Origin: Candidatus Falkowbacteria bacterium
GTDB lineage: Bacteria; Patescibacteriota; Patescibacteriia; Patescibacteriales; GWE2-39-37
Direction: 5' to 3'
Length of the DNA stretch: 64,000 nt
NCBI GenBank assembly: GCA_013336275.1
Contig: JAAXUA010000005.1
Location: 13,863 to 77,862, forward strand
Shown: positions 35,553-45,169 of the stretch, in pieces
Layout: each line of letters starts with the position of its first letter
Position numbering within the stretch: the stretch's first letter is position 1
The notes under the pieces: generated by a model
Told to the model about the DNA's origin: nothing
The model's database searches: none
Seen by the model: the letters and a program-made list of their open reading frames with translations, nothing else
Made by a program: the position numbers and the translations under genes

Positions 35553-35753
35553 ATGGAACTAAAAGAGTTAAAAACCAAGAGTGAAGCGGAATTGCACCGT
35601 TCGTTGGCCGAATCACGGGAGAAGTTGCGCGATCTGCGCTTCAAGGACGCTTCACGACAGCTGAAGGATGTGCGCGAAATCAGGGAAGTGAAAAAGCTAA
35701 TTGCCCAGATTTTAACTCTGCTCCATCTGCCGAAGCAGTCGAGTGATCAATAA
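35553..35753 (+). CDS. rpmC: 50S ribosomal protein L29
   Basis: 66 aa; ELKTKSEAELHRSLAESREKLRDLRF. Confidence 0.9.
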   Translation: MELKELKTKSEAELHRSLAESREKLRDLRFKDASRQLKDVREIREVKKLIAQILTLLHLPKQSSDQ

Positions 35754-35771
35754 TCCAATCATTAGATAACT

Positions 35772-36044
35772 ATGACTAAAGAAGTTATTAAAACTGAAAA
35801 TACAGCCGCCGCCCCGATCCACCGCAAATTCAGCGGCGTGGTCATGAGCGACAAGATGGATAAGACCATCACCGTCAAAGTCGAGCAGGTGAAGATCCAC
35901 CCCAAGTACAAGAAGCGCTATACCGTCAGCACCAAATATAAAGTTCATGACGAGAAGAACCAGTATAAGGTAGGGGATAAGGTCAATTTCGTCGAATGCC
36001 GCCCTTTGTCTCGCGACAAGCGCTGGCGCGTAGTTAACGCCTAA
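35772..36044 (+). CDS. rpsQ: 30S ribosomal protein S17
   Basis: [29 protein letters not shown]...[15 protein letters not shown]. Confidence 0.95.
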   Translation: MTKEVIKTENTAAAPIHRKFSGVVMSDKMDKTITVKVEQVKIHPKYKKRYTVSTKYKVHDEKNQYKVGDKVNFVECRPLSRDKRWRVVNA

Positions 36045-36065
36045 GAAATATTTGAGAACAATCAT

Positions 36066-36437
36066 ATGATACAGATGGGAACACGTTTATTAGTAGCCGA
36101 CAACAGCGGAGCCAAGAGGGTCCAGTGCATTAAGGTGCTCGGCGCGACCAAGAAGCGCTATGCCCGCATCGCTGAAATCATCACCGTTGCAGTCAAGGAA
36201 GCGGCACCGCACATGTCGATCAAGAAGGGTGATGTAGCTCACGCCGTGATTGTTCGCGTCAAGAAAGAGATCAGGCGCAACGACGGGACCTATATCCGCT
36301 TCAGCGAGAACGCTTGCGTCATTATCGATAAGAACAAGAAGGAACCGAAGGCCACCCGCGTGTTCGGTCCGATCGCCCGCGAAGTGCGCAAGGCAGGCTA
36401 TCAGAAGATCGCCTCGCTCGCTCCTGAGGTGCTATAA
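36066..36437 (+). CDS. rplN: 50S ribosomal protein L14
   Basis: [26 protein letters not shown]. Confidence 0.97.
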   Translation: MIQMGTRLLVADNSGAKRVQCIKVLGATKKRYARIAEIITVAVKEAAPHMSIKKGDVAHAVIVRVKKEIRRNDGTYIRFSENACVIIDKNKKEPKATRVFGPIAREVRKAGYQKIASLAPEVL

Positions 36438-36458
36438 CTAAAACATTGGACAGCGTAT

Positions 36459-36785
36459 ATGAAAATCAAGAAAAACGACAAAGTAATGATCCTGGCCGGC
36501 AAGGATAACGGCAAGACCGGCAAGGTCCTGCAGGTATTCCCGGTAAGGCAGCGCGTCAGCGTTGAAGGCTTGAATCTTTTGATCAAGCATTTGCGCCCAC
36601 GTCGCGAAGGCGAGAAAGGCCAGCGCATCGAGTTTCCAGCCCCATTGAACATGTCCAATGTCATGCTGGTCTGCACCAAGTGCGGCAAGCCGACCCGAGT
36701 CGCCTATAAGGTCACCGAAGGCGCTGATGGCGCCAAGAAGACCAAGGTGCGAGTATGTAAGAAATGTAAACAAGTGATCGATTAA
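36459..36785 (+). CDS. rplX: 50S ribosomal protein L24
   Basis: MKIKKNDKVMILAGKDNGKTGKVLQV (KOW motif). Confidence 0.94.
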   Translation: MKIKKNDKVMILAGKDNGKTGKVLQVFPVRQRVSVEGLNLLIKHLRPRREGEKGQRIEFPAPLNMSNVMLVCTKCGKPTRVAYKVTEGADGAKKTKVRVCKKCKQVID

Positions 36786-36789
36786 CCAT

Positions 36790-37335
36790 ATGAGATTACA
36801 AGAGCGATACAAAAAGGAAATATTGCCTAGCCTCCAGAAGGAATTCGGCATCAAGAACATCTTGGCAACACCGCGCTTAGTGAAGGTAGTGTTGAACGTC
36901 GGTGTCGGCCGCCAGACCAAGGAGCAGGCTTTCGTCGATAACGTCGAGAAGACCCTGACCAGGATCACTGGCCAGAAGCCGGTCAAGACCAAGGCCAGGA
37001 AGTCGATTGCTTCTTTCAAGGTCCGTGAGGGCCAGATCATCGGCCTCAAGGTGACTTTGCGCGGCCAGCGGATGTATGACTTCCTCGAGAAGCTGGTATC
37101 CGTGTCTTTCCCGCGCATCCGCGACTTCCGCGGCATCTCTGACAAGATGGTCGACAAGCAGGGCAATATGACCATCGGCTTCAAAGAGCACACGGCTTTC
37201 CCGGAAGTCAGAGCTGAAGATATCGACAATGTCCATGGCCTGGAGATCTGCATCGACACTACCGCCGAGAACCGCGAGACCGGTTTGGCCCTGTTCCGAG
37301 CGTTGGGTTTTCCTTTTAAGACCGAAGAAAAATAA
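36790..37335 (+). CDS. rplE: 50S ribosomal protein L5
   Basis: RLQERYKKEILPSLQKEF...PRLVKVVLNVGVG...FPRIRDFRG. Confidence 0.96.
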   Translation: MRLQERYKKEILPSLQKEFGIKNILATPRLVKVVLNVGVGRQTKEQAFVDNVEKTLTRITGQKPVKTKARKSIASFKVREGQIIGLKVTLRGQRMYDFLEKLVSVSFPRIRDFRGISDKMVDKQGNMTIGFKEHTAFPEVRAEDIDNVHGLEICIDTTAENRETGLALFRALGFPFKTEEK

Positions 37336-37348
37336 TTGATCAAAGAAT

Positions 37349-37534
37349 ATGGCGACTAAAGCACAAATCGCAAAGTCTAACAGAAAGCCGAAATTTAGCA
37401 CCAGGGTTGTCCGTCGTTGCTGGCGATGTGGTCGAAACCATGGGTACATCCGTGATTTCAACCTCTGCCGCATCTGTTTTCGCGAACTAGCCACTGCTGG
37501 CGAACTTCCAGGGGTGACGAAATCAAGCTGGTAA
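37349..37534 (+). CDS. rpsZ: 30S ribosomal protein S14, zinc-binding type Z
   Basis: 61 aa; [23 protein letters not shown] (CxxC...CxxC). Confidence 0.94.
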   Translation: MATKAQIAKSNRKPKFSTRVVRRCWRCGRNHGYIRDFNLCRICFRELATAGELPGVTKSSW

Positions 37535-37571
37535 TCATTCGTTTACATAACATTTTTTAAGTAGCAATATT

Positions 37572-37985
37572 ATGATGGATCCTATTGCGGACATGCTAAC
37601 AAGGATAAGAAATGCTTCAGCTATCAGAAAGCCAGAGGTTGTTTTACCCATGAGCAAGATCAAGTTCAACATTGGAAAGATATTACAGAAAGAAGGCTGG
37701 GTTGAACGCACCGAGGTAATCAAGGCTGATGGCCAGAAAAACCAAGGCGGAGCTTTTGATCAGCTGAAGATCGTCCTGAAGTATAAGTCGGACGGCAAAT
37801 CAGCTATCAGCTCGATCAAGCGCATCAGCAAGCCTAGCTTGCGCGTTTATGTCACCAAAGAAGAGCTGCCACGCGTCTTGAATAACCTCGGCATCGCTAT
37901 CATCTCCACTTCCAAGGGGCTGATGACGAACAAAGAGGCTCGCAAGAACGGCATGGGCGGCGAAGTTGTCTGTGAAATTTATTAA
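37572..37985 (+). CDS. rpsH: 30S ribosomal protein S8
   Basis: MMDPIADMLTRIRNA. Confidence 0.96.
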   Translation: MMDPIADMLTRIRNASAIRKPEVVLPMSKIKFNIGKILQKEGWVERTEVIKADGQKNQGGAFDQLKIVLKYKSDGKSAISSIKRISKPSLRVYVTKEELPRVLNNLGIAIISTSKGLMTNKEARKNGMGGEVVCEIY

Positions 37986-38008
37986 TCACCTAAAGTTACG
38001 ATAAACAT

Positions 38009-38557
38009 ATGTCGAGAATCGGCAAATTACCAATCAGCTTACCGACAGGCACTTCCGCCAGGATGGACGGAGAATTTTTGGTCGTCAAAGGACCTAAGGG
38101 CGAGCTTCGCGAAAAGATCCATCCTTTGGCCTTAGTCGAGCTGGCTGAGCAGGAAATCAAAGTGAACGTGGCTAAGCCGGACGTCAAGAAAGAGCGCGCC
38201 ATCTGGGGACTGTTCCGCACTTTGATCAATAATATGGTAATCGGTGTCAATCAGGGTTACGAAAAGAAGTTGGAAATCAATGGTGTCGGTTATCGCGCCG
38301 CAGTCGCAGGCAACAAGTTGACCTTGAACGTGGGTTTCTCCCATCCGGTAGATTTCACTCTGCCAGAAGGCGTAGTTGCAGCAGTCGCAGCCAACGTGAT
38401 CACCTTGAACAGCATTGATAAATACCTTTTGGGCGAAACCGCTGCTCAGATCCGCAAAGTCAGGAAGCCTGAACCTTACAAAGGCAAGGGCATCAAATAT
38501 TCCGATGAAGTTATCCGACGCAAGGCCGGCAAGACCGCGGCTAAGGGCGGCAAATAA
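38009..38557 (+). CDS. rplF: 50S ribosomal protein L6
   Basis: MSRIGKLPISLPTG...GVGYRA. Confidence 0.96.
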   Translation: MSRIGKLPISLPTGTSARMDGEFLVVKGPKGELREKIHPLALVELAEQEIKVNVAKPDVKKERAIWGLFRTLINNMVIGVNQGYEKKLEINGVGYRAAVAGNKLTLNVGFSHPVDFTLPEGVVAAVAANVITLNSIDKYLLGETAAQIRKVRKPEPYKGKGIKYSDEVIRRKAGKTAAKGGK

Positions 38558-38579
38558 ATTTAGATAATATATCTCGCAT

Positions 38580-38939
38580 ATGAATCAGACTAAAGAGAAA
38601 ACATTGAAACGAGACCGCCGCCGGGCCAAGATCAGGTCCAAGGTGGAGGGTGCCGCTGCTTGTCCGCGCTTGAGCGTTTTCCGCTCGAATAAGGGCATGT
38701 TCATCCAGTTGATCGATGACCAGGCTGGCAAGACCATCGTTAGCGCTAACGCCACCGAGCTCAAGAAGGAGAAGGAAGGCGGCAAAGTCGGCGTAGGTTT
38801 CGGCCTCGGCAAGCTGATCGCTGAAAAGGCCAAGAAGGCCGGCATTACGGCTGTGGTTTTCGATCGCGGCGGTTACCAGTATCATGGACGCGTCAAAGCG
38901 GTTGCTGACGGTGCTCGCGAAGGCGGACTAGTGTTTTAA
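38580..38939 (+). CDS. rplR: 50S ribosomal protein L18
   Basis: [18 protein letters not shown]...[26 protein letters not shown]. Confidence 0.95.
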   Translation: MNQTKEKTLKRDRRRAKIRSKVEGAAACPRLSVFRSNKGMFIQLIDDQAGKTIVSANATELKKEKEGGKVGVGFGLGKLIAEKAKKAGITAVVFDRGGYQYHGRVKAVADGAREGGLVF

Positions 38940-38955
38940 CTTATCACTATAAACA

Positions 38956-39606
38956 TTGGAAAATATGACAGAACCAGTCAAAAAAGAACAAACAAAGCCA
39001 GCTGATAATAGGCCAGCCGGCGCAGCTAACCGCCCAGTCAGGAAAGATGCCCGCGGCGGCGGAGCTCGTCGTCCGATGAATCGCGGCCGTCGTGAGGAAA
39101 TCATCGAGGAATTCGAGCAGAAGATAGTCGATTTGGCCCGCGTTACCCGCGTTATGGCCGGCGGCAAGAGAATGCGTTTCCGAGCTTGTGTGGTTGTCGG
39201 CAACAAGAAGGGCAAAGTCGGCATCGGTTTGGCCAAAGGCCTCGATGTGACTGCAGCTATTTCCAAGGCAGCGACCCAGGCCAAGAAGAATCTGGTCGAA
39301 GTGCCGATTGTCAACGACACCATCCCTCATGCCATCACTCATAAGCTGGGTGCAGCCGAAATCCTGTTCAAGCCGGCTTCTAAAGGCCGCGGTATCATTG
39401 CTGGCGGCGCTGTCCGCATGGTTTTGGAGCTTTCCGGCATCAAGAACATCACTTGTAAGACTTTGGGCACTAGCAACAAGGTGAATAACGCCAAGTGCGT
39501 TTCCGATGCCTTGGCCAATTTGAAGAAACCGGCCAAAAAGGCTAAAATTGAAATGAAGAAGGAGGCTGTTCCGGTCACTGAAGCCGTAGCCGAATCTGCT
39601 AAATAG
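38956..39606 (+). CDS. rpsE: 30S ribosomal protein S5 with about 50-aa basic N-terminal extension
   Basis: VDLARVTRVMAGGKRMRFRACVVVGNKKGKVGIGLAKG. Confidence 0.95.
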   Translation: MENMTEPVKKEQTKPADNRPAGAANRPVRKDARGGGARRPMNRGRREEIIEEFEQKIVDLARVTRVMAGGKRMRFRACVVVGNKKGKVGIGLAKGLDVTAAISKAATQAKKNLVEVPIVNDTIPHAITHKLGAAEILFKPASKGRGIIAGGAVRMVLELSGIKNITCKTLGTSNKVNNAKCVSDALANLKKPAKKAKIEMKKEAVPVTEAVAESAK

Positions 39607-39633
39607 TTTTTAACACATTGAATTTGATATCGT

Positions 39634-40077
39634 ATGTTGAGTTTAAGCAATTTGAAGCCGAATAAGGGCGCAACCAAGAAGCGCAAACGCGTCGGACGCG
39701 GTAACGCCTCCGGACACGGCACCTATAGTACTCGCGGTCTGAAGGGTCAGAAATCCCGTTCGGGCGTTTCCGGCCTGAAGAGGCTCGGCATGAAGCCGAT
39801 GCTTTTGAACCTGCCTAAGAAGCGCGGCTTTACTTCGCTTCAGGACAAGGATCAGGTCGTCAATCTGACGGCCATCAACCGCCACTTCAAAGAAGGCGGC
39901 AAGGTAACCCCTAACACCCTCCTCAAGGCGGGCCTGATTGAGAATGCAAGCAAATCTGTCAAAATTTTGGGACAGGGCCAGCTTTCCCTTAAAAATCTGG
40001 AGTTAGTGAACCTGAAAGTCAGCGCGACCGCTAAAGCGCAACTAGAAAAGCTTGGCGGCAAGGTTATTACCAAATAG
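39634..40077 (+). CDS. rplO: 50S ribosomal protein L15 (directly after S5; no L30 gene)
   Basis: LSNLKPNKGATKKRKRVGRGNASGHGTYSTRGLKGQKSRSG. Confidence 0.95.
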   Translation: MLSLSNLKPNKGATKKRKRVGRGNASGHGTYSTRGLKGQKSRSGVSGLKRLGMKPMLLNLPKKRGFTSLQDKDQVVNLTAINRHFKEGGKVTPNTLLKAGLIENASKSVKILGQGQLSLKNLELVNLKVSATAKAQLEKLGGKVITK

Positions 40078-40091
40078 CACCACTCATCCAT

Positions 40092-41360
40092 ATGAATAAG
40101 CTTATCCAAATTTGGAAGGCCAGAGACTTGAGGAACAACATCCTTTATGTTTTGGGCATGTTGGTCATATTCCGCATGGCTGCCCACGTTCCAGTTCCGG
40201 GAGTCGATGTCAAGGAATTGCAGGCATTCATGAATTCGAACCAGATTCTCGGTCTCATGAATCTCTTTTCCGGCGGCGGCATGGAGAACTTCTCCGTCAT
40301 CATGATGAGCGTCGGTCCGTACATCACCGCTTCGATCATCTTCCAGCTTTTGGGCATGATCATTCCTTCTTTGGAAGAAATGAACAAGGAAGAGGCGGGA
40401 CGGCAGAAAATCAATATGTGGACCCGCTGGCTGACCGTACCGATGGCTGTTCTACAGGGCTATGGCATGATCACTATCTTGCGCCAGTCTAACCGCGATA
40501 TCATCACCGCAACCAATCCTTTCGATATTTTCGTCATGCTGCTCACTATCACCGCCGGCACCGTCTTCGTGATGTGGCTCGGTGAGCTGATCAGCGAAAA
40601 GAAGGTTGGCAACGGAATTTCCTTGATCATCTTCGCTGGCATCGTCGCCCGCATCCCGGTCTCTTTGCAGCAGATCATGGTCAATTTCGACCAGTCGCAG
40701 CTGTTCACCTTGCTGTGGTTCCTGGCTATCGCCATAACCACCATTATCGGTGTTGTCATCATCAGCGAGGGCCAGCGCAACGTGCCGGTGCAATACGCCA
40801 AGCAGATGCGAGGTAACCGGATGTTCGGCGGTTCGACCAGCCACTTGCCTTTGCGAGTGAACATGGCCGGCGTCATCCCGATCATCTTCGCTGTTTCAGT
40901 CGTGCTGTTCCCGCCGATGGTCGCCCAGTTCTTCATCCAGGCCAAGACCCAGTTCATCGCCAACGCAGCCCAGTGGGTCTATCAGATATTCCAGAACCAG
41001 CTGTTCTATGCCGTAATCTATTTCATTCTGGTCTTCGCCTTCACTTTCTTTTATACCGAAGTCGTTTTTCATCCGAGCCAGATCGCTGAGAATTTGCAGA
41101 AGCAAGGCGGCTTCATTCCTGGCATCCGCCCGGGACGTCCGACTGCCGAGTATCTCGCTCAGACTACCTATAAGATCATCCTGGCTGGCGCTCTATTCTT
41201 GAGCATCATCGCCATTCTGCCTTTGATCATGCGCTACTTTACCAATATCCAGTCATTGGCCATCGGCGGCACCAGCTTGCTGATCGTCGTATCGGTCGTT
41301 ATCGAGACGGTCAAGCAGATCGAGTCGCAGCTGACCATGCGCGAATACGAAGGAGTTTAA
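40092..41360 (+). CDS. secY: preprotein translocase subunit SecY
   Basis: 422 aa, 10 TM-like segments; LRNNILYVLGMLVIFRMAAHVPVPGV, GISLIIFAGI. Confidence 0.96.
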   Translation: MNKLIQIWKARDLRNNILYVLGMLVIFRMAAHVPVPGVDVKELQAFMNSNQILGLMNLFSGGGMENFSVIMMSVGPYITASIIFQLLGMIIPSLEEMNKEEAGRQKINMWTRWLTVPMAVLQGYGMITILRQSNRDIITATNPFDIFVMLLTITAGTVFVMWLGELISEKKVGNGISLIIFAGIVARIPVSLQQIMVNFDQSQLFTLLWFLAIAITTIIGVVIISEGQRNVPVQYAKQMRGNRMFGGSTSHLPLRVNMAGVIPIIFAVSVVLFPPMVAQFFIQAKTQFIANAAQWVYQIFQNQLFYAVIYFILVFAFTFFYTEVVFHPSQIAENLQKQGGFIPGIRPGRPTAEYLAQTTYKIILAGALFLSIIAILPLIMRYFTNIQSLAIGGTSLLIVVSVVIETVKQIESQLTMREYEGV

Positions 41361-41372
41361 CCCCATCGCATA

Positions 41373-41414
41373 AAAAGCCGCCTTCCTTTCTTTAGGGGGC
41401 GGCTTTTGTTTTTT
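41373..41414 (+). terminator. rho-independent terminator after secY
   Basis: AAAAGCCGCC (41373-82)/GGCGGCTTTT (41398-407) followed by a T-rich run. Confidence 0.75.
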
Positions 41415-41459
41415 GCTAAGTTAAGTTATAATATAGGTATTCATTAGTAAATTTCCACT

Positions 41460-42074
41460 ATGTTTGGCTCTTCACCTCTGCGCAACCGGCCGACAACGAA
41501 CAATCCGAACAAGCCCTGGACCTCGACTTATCTTTCAAAGAATCTCCAAGGCAAGGAATTCGTAGGCCATTCAGCCTTCAAGCGTTTTCGCGAGCAGATC
41601 GGAAAATTCACCGGCACCAACAAGCTGGCCAACACCGGCGCTGTGAAACAGTTCATCAAGCAGAATTTCAGCGGCAAAAAGGCATATCAGGTCAATGATT
41701 TCTTGAAATTAAGATTGAAGATGAATGAAGCCCAGCGTGAAAAAGTGATTGGGGAGATCAGCCCATCGGGCGGCTTGACCAAGGAGCAGCAGCGCACAGA
41801 GGAGCGGCTTGGCAAAGTGCGGCAAAAGGACAATATCTACGAAGCCCAGAAAATGGCGAACAGCCATTTGGCCAAGAGCGAGACCACCCACATAATGGCC
41901 GGACAATCGGCTAATGTGACCACCGGTTTCGCTGGCAAGGGAACCGGACCGCAGAAGTCGGGTTTCGCCAGCGGCCCTGCCGGCAATGTCGCGCCTCTTA
42001 CCCGCACTGATGGCGGAGTCGCCAGTGGCGGCCAGTCCAACAGCACCCCCTCAAGGCCTTATTTCCAACCTTAA
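41460..42074 (+). CDS. hypothetical protein (204 aa) inserted between secY and adk
   Basis: Only long ORF in the gap; Lys-rich centre, Gly/Ser/Thr/Asn-rich C-terminus; no recognisable motif. Confidence 0.5.
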   Translation: MFGSSPLRNRPTTNNPNKPWTSTYLSKNLQGKEFVGHSAFKRFREQIGKFTGTNKLANTGAVKQFIKQNFSGKKAYQVNDFLKLRLKMNEAQREKVIGEISPSGGLTKEQQRTEERLGKVRQKDNIYEAQKMANSHLAKSETTHIMAGQSANVTTGFAGKGTGPQKSGFASGPAGNVAPLTRTDGGVASGGQSNSTPSRPYFQP

Positions 42075-42083
42075 ATAATATCA

Positions 42084-42743
42084 ATGCAAAAGAAATATTT
42101 CATCGTTTTCGGACCTCCCGGATCAGGCAAGGGAACCCAGGTCAAACTGCTTGCCGAACGCCTCAACTTGCCGGCCATCTCGACCGGCGATTTGTTGCGC
42201 ACGGAGATAGATAGAGGCACGCCGATCGGGCTGTCAGTCAAGGCGCTCCTGGCTAAAGGCAGGCTGGTTTCCGACGAGATCGTCGGTGAACTCTTGCTGA
42301 AACGCCTGCGCCGGAAGGATACGGCAGCCGGTGTCATCTTCGACGGTTATCCTCGGCGACTGAGCCAGCAGGAATTCCTGCTCGGCCATTTGTCAACCAA
42401 GAAACCTGAGCCATCGATCGTGCCTTTGCTGATCGACGTCAGTGACGAAGAGGTGGTGCGGCGCATTAGCGGACGGCGCGCTTGCTTGTGCGGCGCCGTC
42501 TATCATGTCGCCAGCAAGCCTCCCAAAGAAGATGGCAAATGTGACCGCTGCGCCGGCAAGCTGTTCATTCGCGACGATGACAAGCCGTCCGTAGTCAAAT
42601 CACGCCTTCGCACCTATCACAAGGAAAGCGCCAAGATCCTTTCTTATTGGCGCAAGCAGGGATTCTTGATCGAGATCAACGGCGAGCAACCGATTAAGAA
42701 AGTCGATGGCGAGTTGATGCGCAAACTGAAGAAATATATATGA
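42084..42743 (+). CDS. adk: adenylate kinase (zinc-lid type)
   Basis: FIVFGPPGSGKGTQ P-loop; lid CLCGAVYH...CDRCAGKL. Confidence 0.95.
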   Translation: MQKKYFIVFGPPGSGKGTQVKLLAERLNLPAISTGDLLRTEIDRGTPIGLSVKALLAKGRLVSDEIVGELLLKRLRRKDTAAGVIFDGYPRRLSQQEFLLGHLSTKKPEPSIVPLLIDVSDEEVVRRISGRRACLCGAVYHVASKPPKEDGKCDRCAGKLFIRDDDKPSVVKSRLRTYHKESAKILSYWRKQGFLIEINGEQPIKKVDGELMRKLKKYI

Positions 42744-43516
42744 TTATCATAAAAACCGAAGCTGAAATCGCCAAGATAGGCGAAGGTGGCAAGATCTTGT
42801 CACTCATTCTAAAGAAGGTTGCAGAATCAGCTAAGCCCGGAACTACCACGGCCGAGTTGGAGAAGCTGGCCTGCGAGTTGATCGATCAGGCCGGAGGCCG
42901 CCCAGCATTCAAAGGTTACTGTCCCGTGCCGCAAGGAAGGCCCTATCCCACAGCCTTGTGCATTTCCATCAATCATCAGGTCGTCCACGCCCCGGCTTTG
43001 CCGGCGCGCGCTATTTTCGATGGCGACATCGTCAGTATCGACATCGGCATGGAATATCCGGCTCGGAACGGTTACTTTACAGACATGGCGGTGACATTCG
43101 GCGTGGGCAAGATCGGTGCTAGGGCGCAGAAATTGATCGAAGCGACCAAGCAATCGCTCGAGCTGGCAATCAAGAAGGTGAAGCCAGGCGCCAGTATCTA
43201 CGACATCGGACGGGCAGTAGAAGACTATGTGGTTTCGCAAGGTTTTTCCGTGGTGCGCGACTTGGTAGGGCATGGCGTAGGCAAGGCGGTGCACGAAGAG
43301 CCTCAGATCCCTAATTTTCCGATCGAGGCCAACAAACGCATTCTGCTCAAGCCGGGCATGGTAATCGCGATCGAACCGATGGTCAACATGGGCCGGCATG
43401 AGGTCGTGACCGGTCCCGACGGCATGAGCATCGACACTGCTGATGAAAGTCTGTCGGCCCACTTCGAACATACCGTTGCCGTCACCAAGACAGGCAATCT
43501 GGTTCTGACAAGATAA
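42740..43516 (+). CDS. map: type I methionine aminopeptidase
   Basis: 258 aa; DIVSIDIG, HGVGKAVHEEP, IEPMVN, HFEHTV metal-ligand contexts. Confidence 0.95.
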   Translation: MIIIKTEAEIAKIGEGGKILSLILKKVAESAKPGTTTAELEKLACELIDQAGGRPAFKGYCPVPQGRPYPTALCISINHQVVHAPALPARAIFDGDIVSIDIGMEYPARNGYFTDMAVTFGVGKIGARAQKLIEATKQSLELAIKKVKPGASIYDIGRAVEDYVVSQGFSVVRDLVGHGVGKAVHEEPQIPNFPIEANKRILLKPGMVIAIEPMVNMGRHEVVTGPDGMSIDTADESLSAHFEHTVAVTKTGNLVLTR

Positions 43517-43528
43517 TTATTATCGAAT

Positions 43529-43909
43529 ATGGAAAGGTATTTAGGTATCGATTACGGCACGAAAAGGATCGGCTTGGCATTGGGTGACAGCCTGACTAAG
43601 CTCGCCACTCCTTTCAAAGTCGTAAGCACTCTGGCTGACATAGTTGCGGTGATCAAGGAAGAGGATATCGAACATCTGGTGGTGGGGCTTCCTTTGACTA
43701 TGCGCAAGGAAAAAGGAGAGATGCATGAAAAGGTTCAAGAATTCATTTCTGATCTGTCTGACTTGACCGGCTTGCCGATCGAGCAGGTCGATGAAAGGCT
43801 TTCCAGCAAGGCTGGCGATGCGCTAGTCGGCGGCAAGAAGGATAAAGCGCCGCGAGACGCGATTGCGGCGATGCTGATTTTACAAAGTTTTTTCGACAAA
43901 CATGCCTGA
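43529..43909 (+). CDS. ruvX: YqgF/RuvX family Holliday-junction-resolvase-like nuclease
   Basis: 126 aa; LGIDYGTKRIGLALGD, VVGLPLTM, DERLSS. Confidence 0.88.
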   Translation: MERYLGIDYGTKRIGLALGDSLTKLATPFKVVSTLADIVAVIKEEDIEHLVVGLPLTMRKEKGEMHEKVQEFISDLSDLTGLPIEQVDERLSSKAGDALVGGKKDKAPRDAIAAMLILQSFFDKHA

Positions 43910-44126
43910 TTTCGCAAAGTATCTATTGATCATAGCTTTGGTCGCGTTTGCAGCAGCAGCCATCTATTTTCTGCTGATAGGAATGAAGCTGTCGGCTTGC
44001 ATCGATAAGGTTGACGGTTCGGGAAAGTGCCAGACAATCGTCTGCCGCGGCTGGGCCTATGTCGGTCGGGATGGATTGTCATGTTTCGGCAAGATAAAAT
44101 CAATCAATGATTCTGGACAAAAATGA
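43902..44126 (+). CDS. small Cys-rich membrane-anchored hypothetical protein (74 aa)
   Basis: N-terminal TM helix; overlaps ruvX by 8 nt and recO by 4 nt (translational coupling). Confidence 0.5.
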   Translation: MPDFAKYLLIIALVAFAAAAIYFLLIGMKLSACIDKVDGSGKCQTIVCRGWAYVGRDGLSCFGKIKSINDSGQK

Positions 44127-44830
44127 TCGAAGAGACTTACCGCATCAAGGCTATCGTCCTGAAGCGCCAACCATTCCGCGAACATGACCTTCTGATTACG
44201 GCTTACAGCCCGGAAAAAGGGAAGCAGGCGCTGATTGCACGAGGGGCTAGGAAATTCCGCTCAAAAATAGCGGCTCATGTCGAGCCGTTTTGTTTTATCG
44301 ATTGCATGGTGGTCAGGGGCAAGACTCATGACTATATGGGCAGTGCTCTGAGCAGCAATTGCCTGGTCGGGATAAAATCCGATTTTGACAGGGTTGAGGC
44401 GGCGAGTCGGGTGTGCCGATTTTTTGATAAGACTATAAAGGAGGGGCAGCCAGACATCACGCTTTTTGTCGAGCTGCGCGACATCTTGGCTTTGATTGAC
44501 GGCGTCCAGCATGCCGAGGACGCCGCCCTCTGGGCCGATCTGTCGATTTTCCGGCTGCTTTCCCGGACCGGATACGAGCCGGATTTGCATAGGTGCGTTT
44601 TTTGCGGGTCTAAACCGGATGCCGAGGGCATCATGTTGGACCAGGCGAAAAATGGCATAGTCTGTCAGCGGTGCGCTGGCCAGGCCAAGGGCTTGACAAT
44701 ATCTGAAAATGCTGTTAAATTGCTAAGATTAGCCAATGAACTGGAAATCAGCCGATTCCGCAACTTAAAAGTTGACCGGAGTCTGGCATTAGAAATATCG
44801 CTCATTACAACACGGCTCATGGAGCAGTGA
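44123..44830 (+). CDS. recO: DNA repair protein RecO
   Basis: 235 aa; KAIVLKRQPFREHDLLITAYSPEKGKQALIARGARK OB fold, CxxC...CxxC zinc motif (CVFCG...CQRCAG). Confidence 0.88.
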   Translation: MIEETYRIKAIVLKRQPFREHDLLITAYSPEKGKQALIARGARKFRSKIAAHVEPFCFIDCMVVRGKTHDYMGSALSSNCLVGIKSDFDRVEAASRVCRFFDKTIKEGQPDITLFVELRDILALIDGVQHAEDAALWADLSIFRLLSRTGYEPDLHRCVFCGSKPDAEGIMLDQAKNGIVCQRCAGQAKGLTISENAVKLLRLANELEISRFRNLKVDRSLALEISLITTRLMEQ

Positions 44831-44858
44831 AACTAACACTGAAAGGAGGTGTTGCAAG

Positions 44859-45122
44859 ATGGTGATGTCTGACGGTTGGTCCAATGATAACCCTGAAGTG
44901 GTAGGTCCGTTCAATGTCTTCATGGCAGACGGTGGCAATTATCTCGATATCGCGACTTTCAAGGAAGCGACAAAGAAGGCTGACGAGCAGCCTGGCTCGA
45001 AAGTCGGCGGCCGCGGTGGAGGCGTCGTGTATGTGTCACAGGCACCACAGACCGCCGTACCTTTGCGCAGGCGAGGTGCGGGAGAGCAGCAGCGGGAAAA
45101 GCGCAGTTCTGATCTGATCTGA
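44859..45122 (+). CDS. hypothetical protein (87 aa)
   Basis: AAAGGAGGTG upstream of ATG; no recognisable motif. Confidence 0.5.
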   Translation: MVMSDGWSNDNPEVVGPFNVFMADGGNYLDIATFKEATKKADEQPGSKVGGRGGGVVYVSQAPQTAVPLRRRGAGEQQREKRSSDLI

Positions 45123-45169
45123 AGCAAGACGCCGTTTCGGCAGGAAAATTTATTTTGGAGGTATGACCT

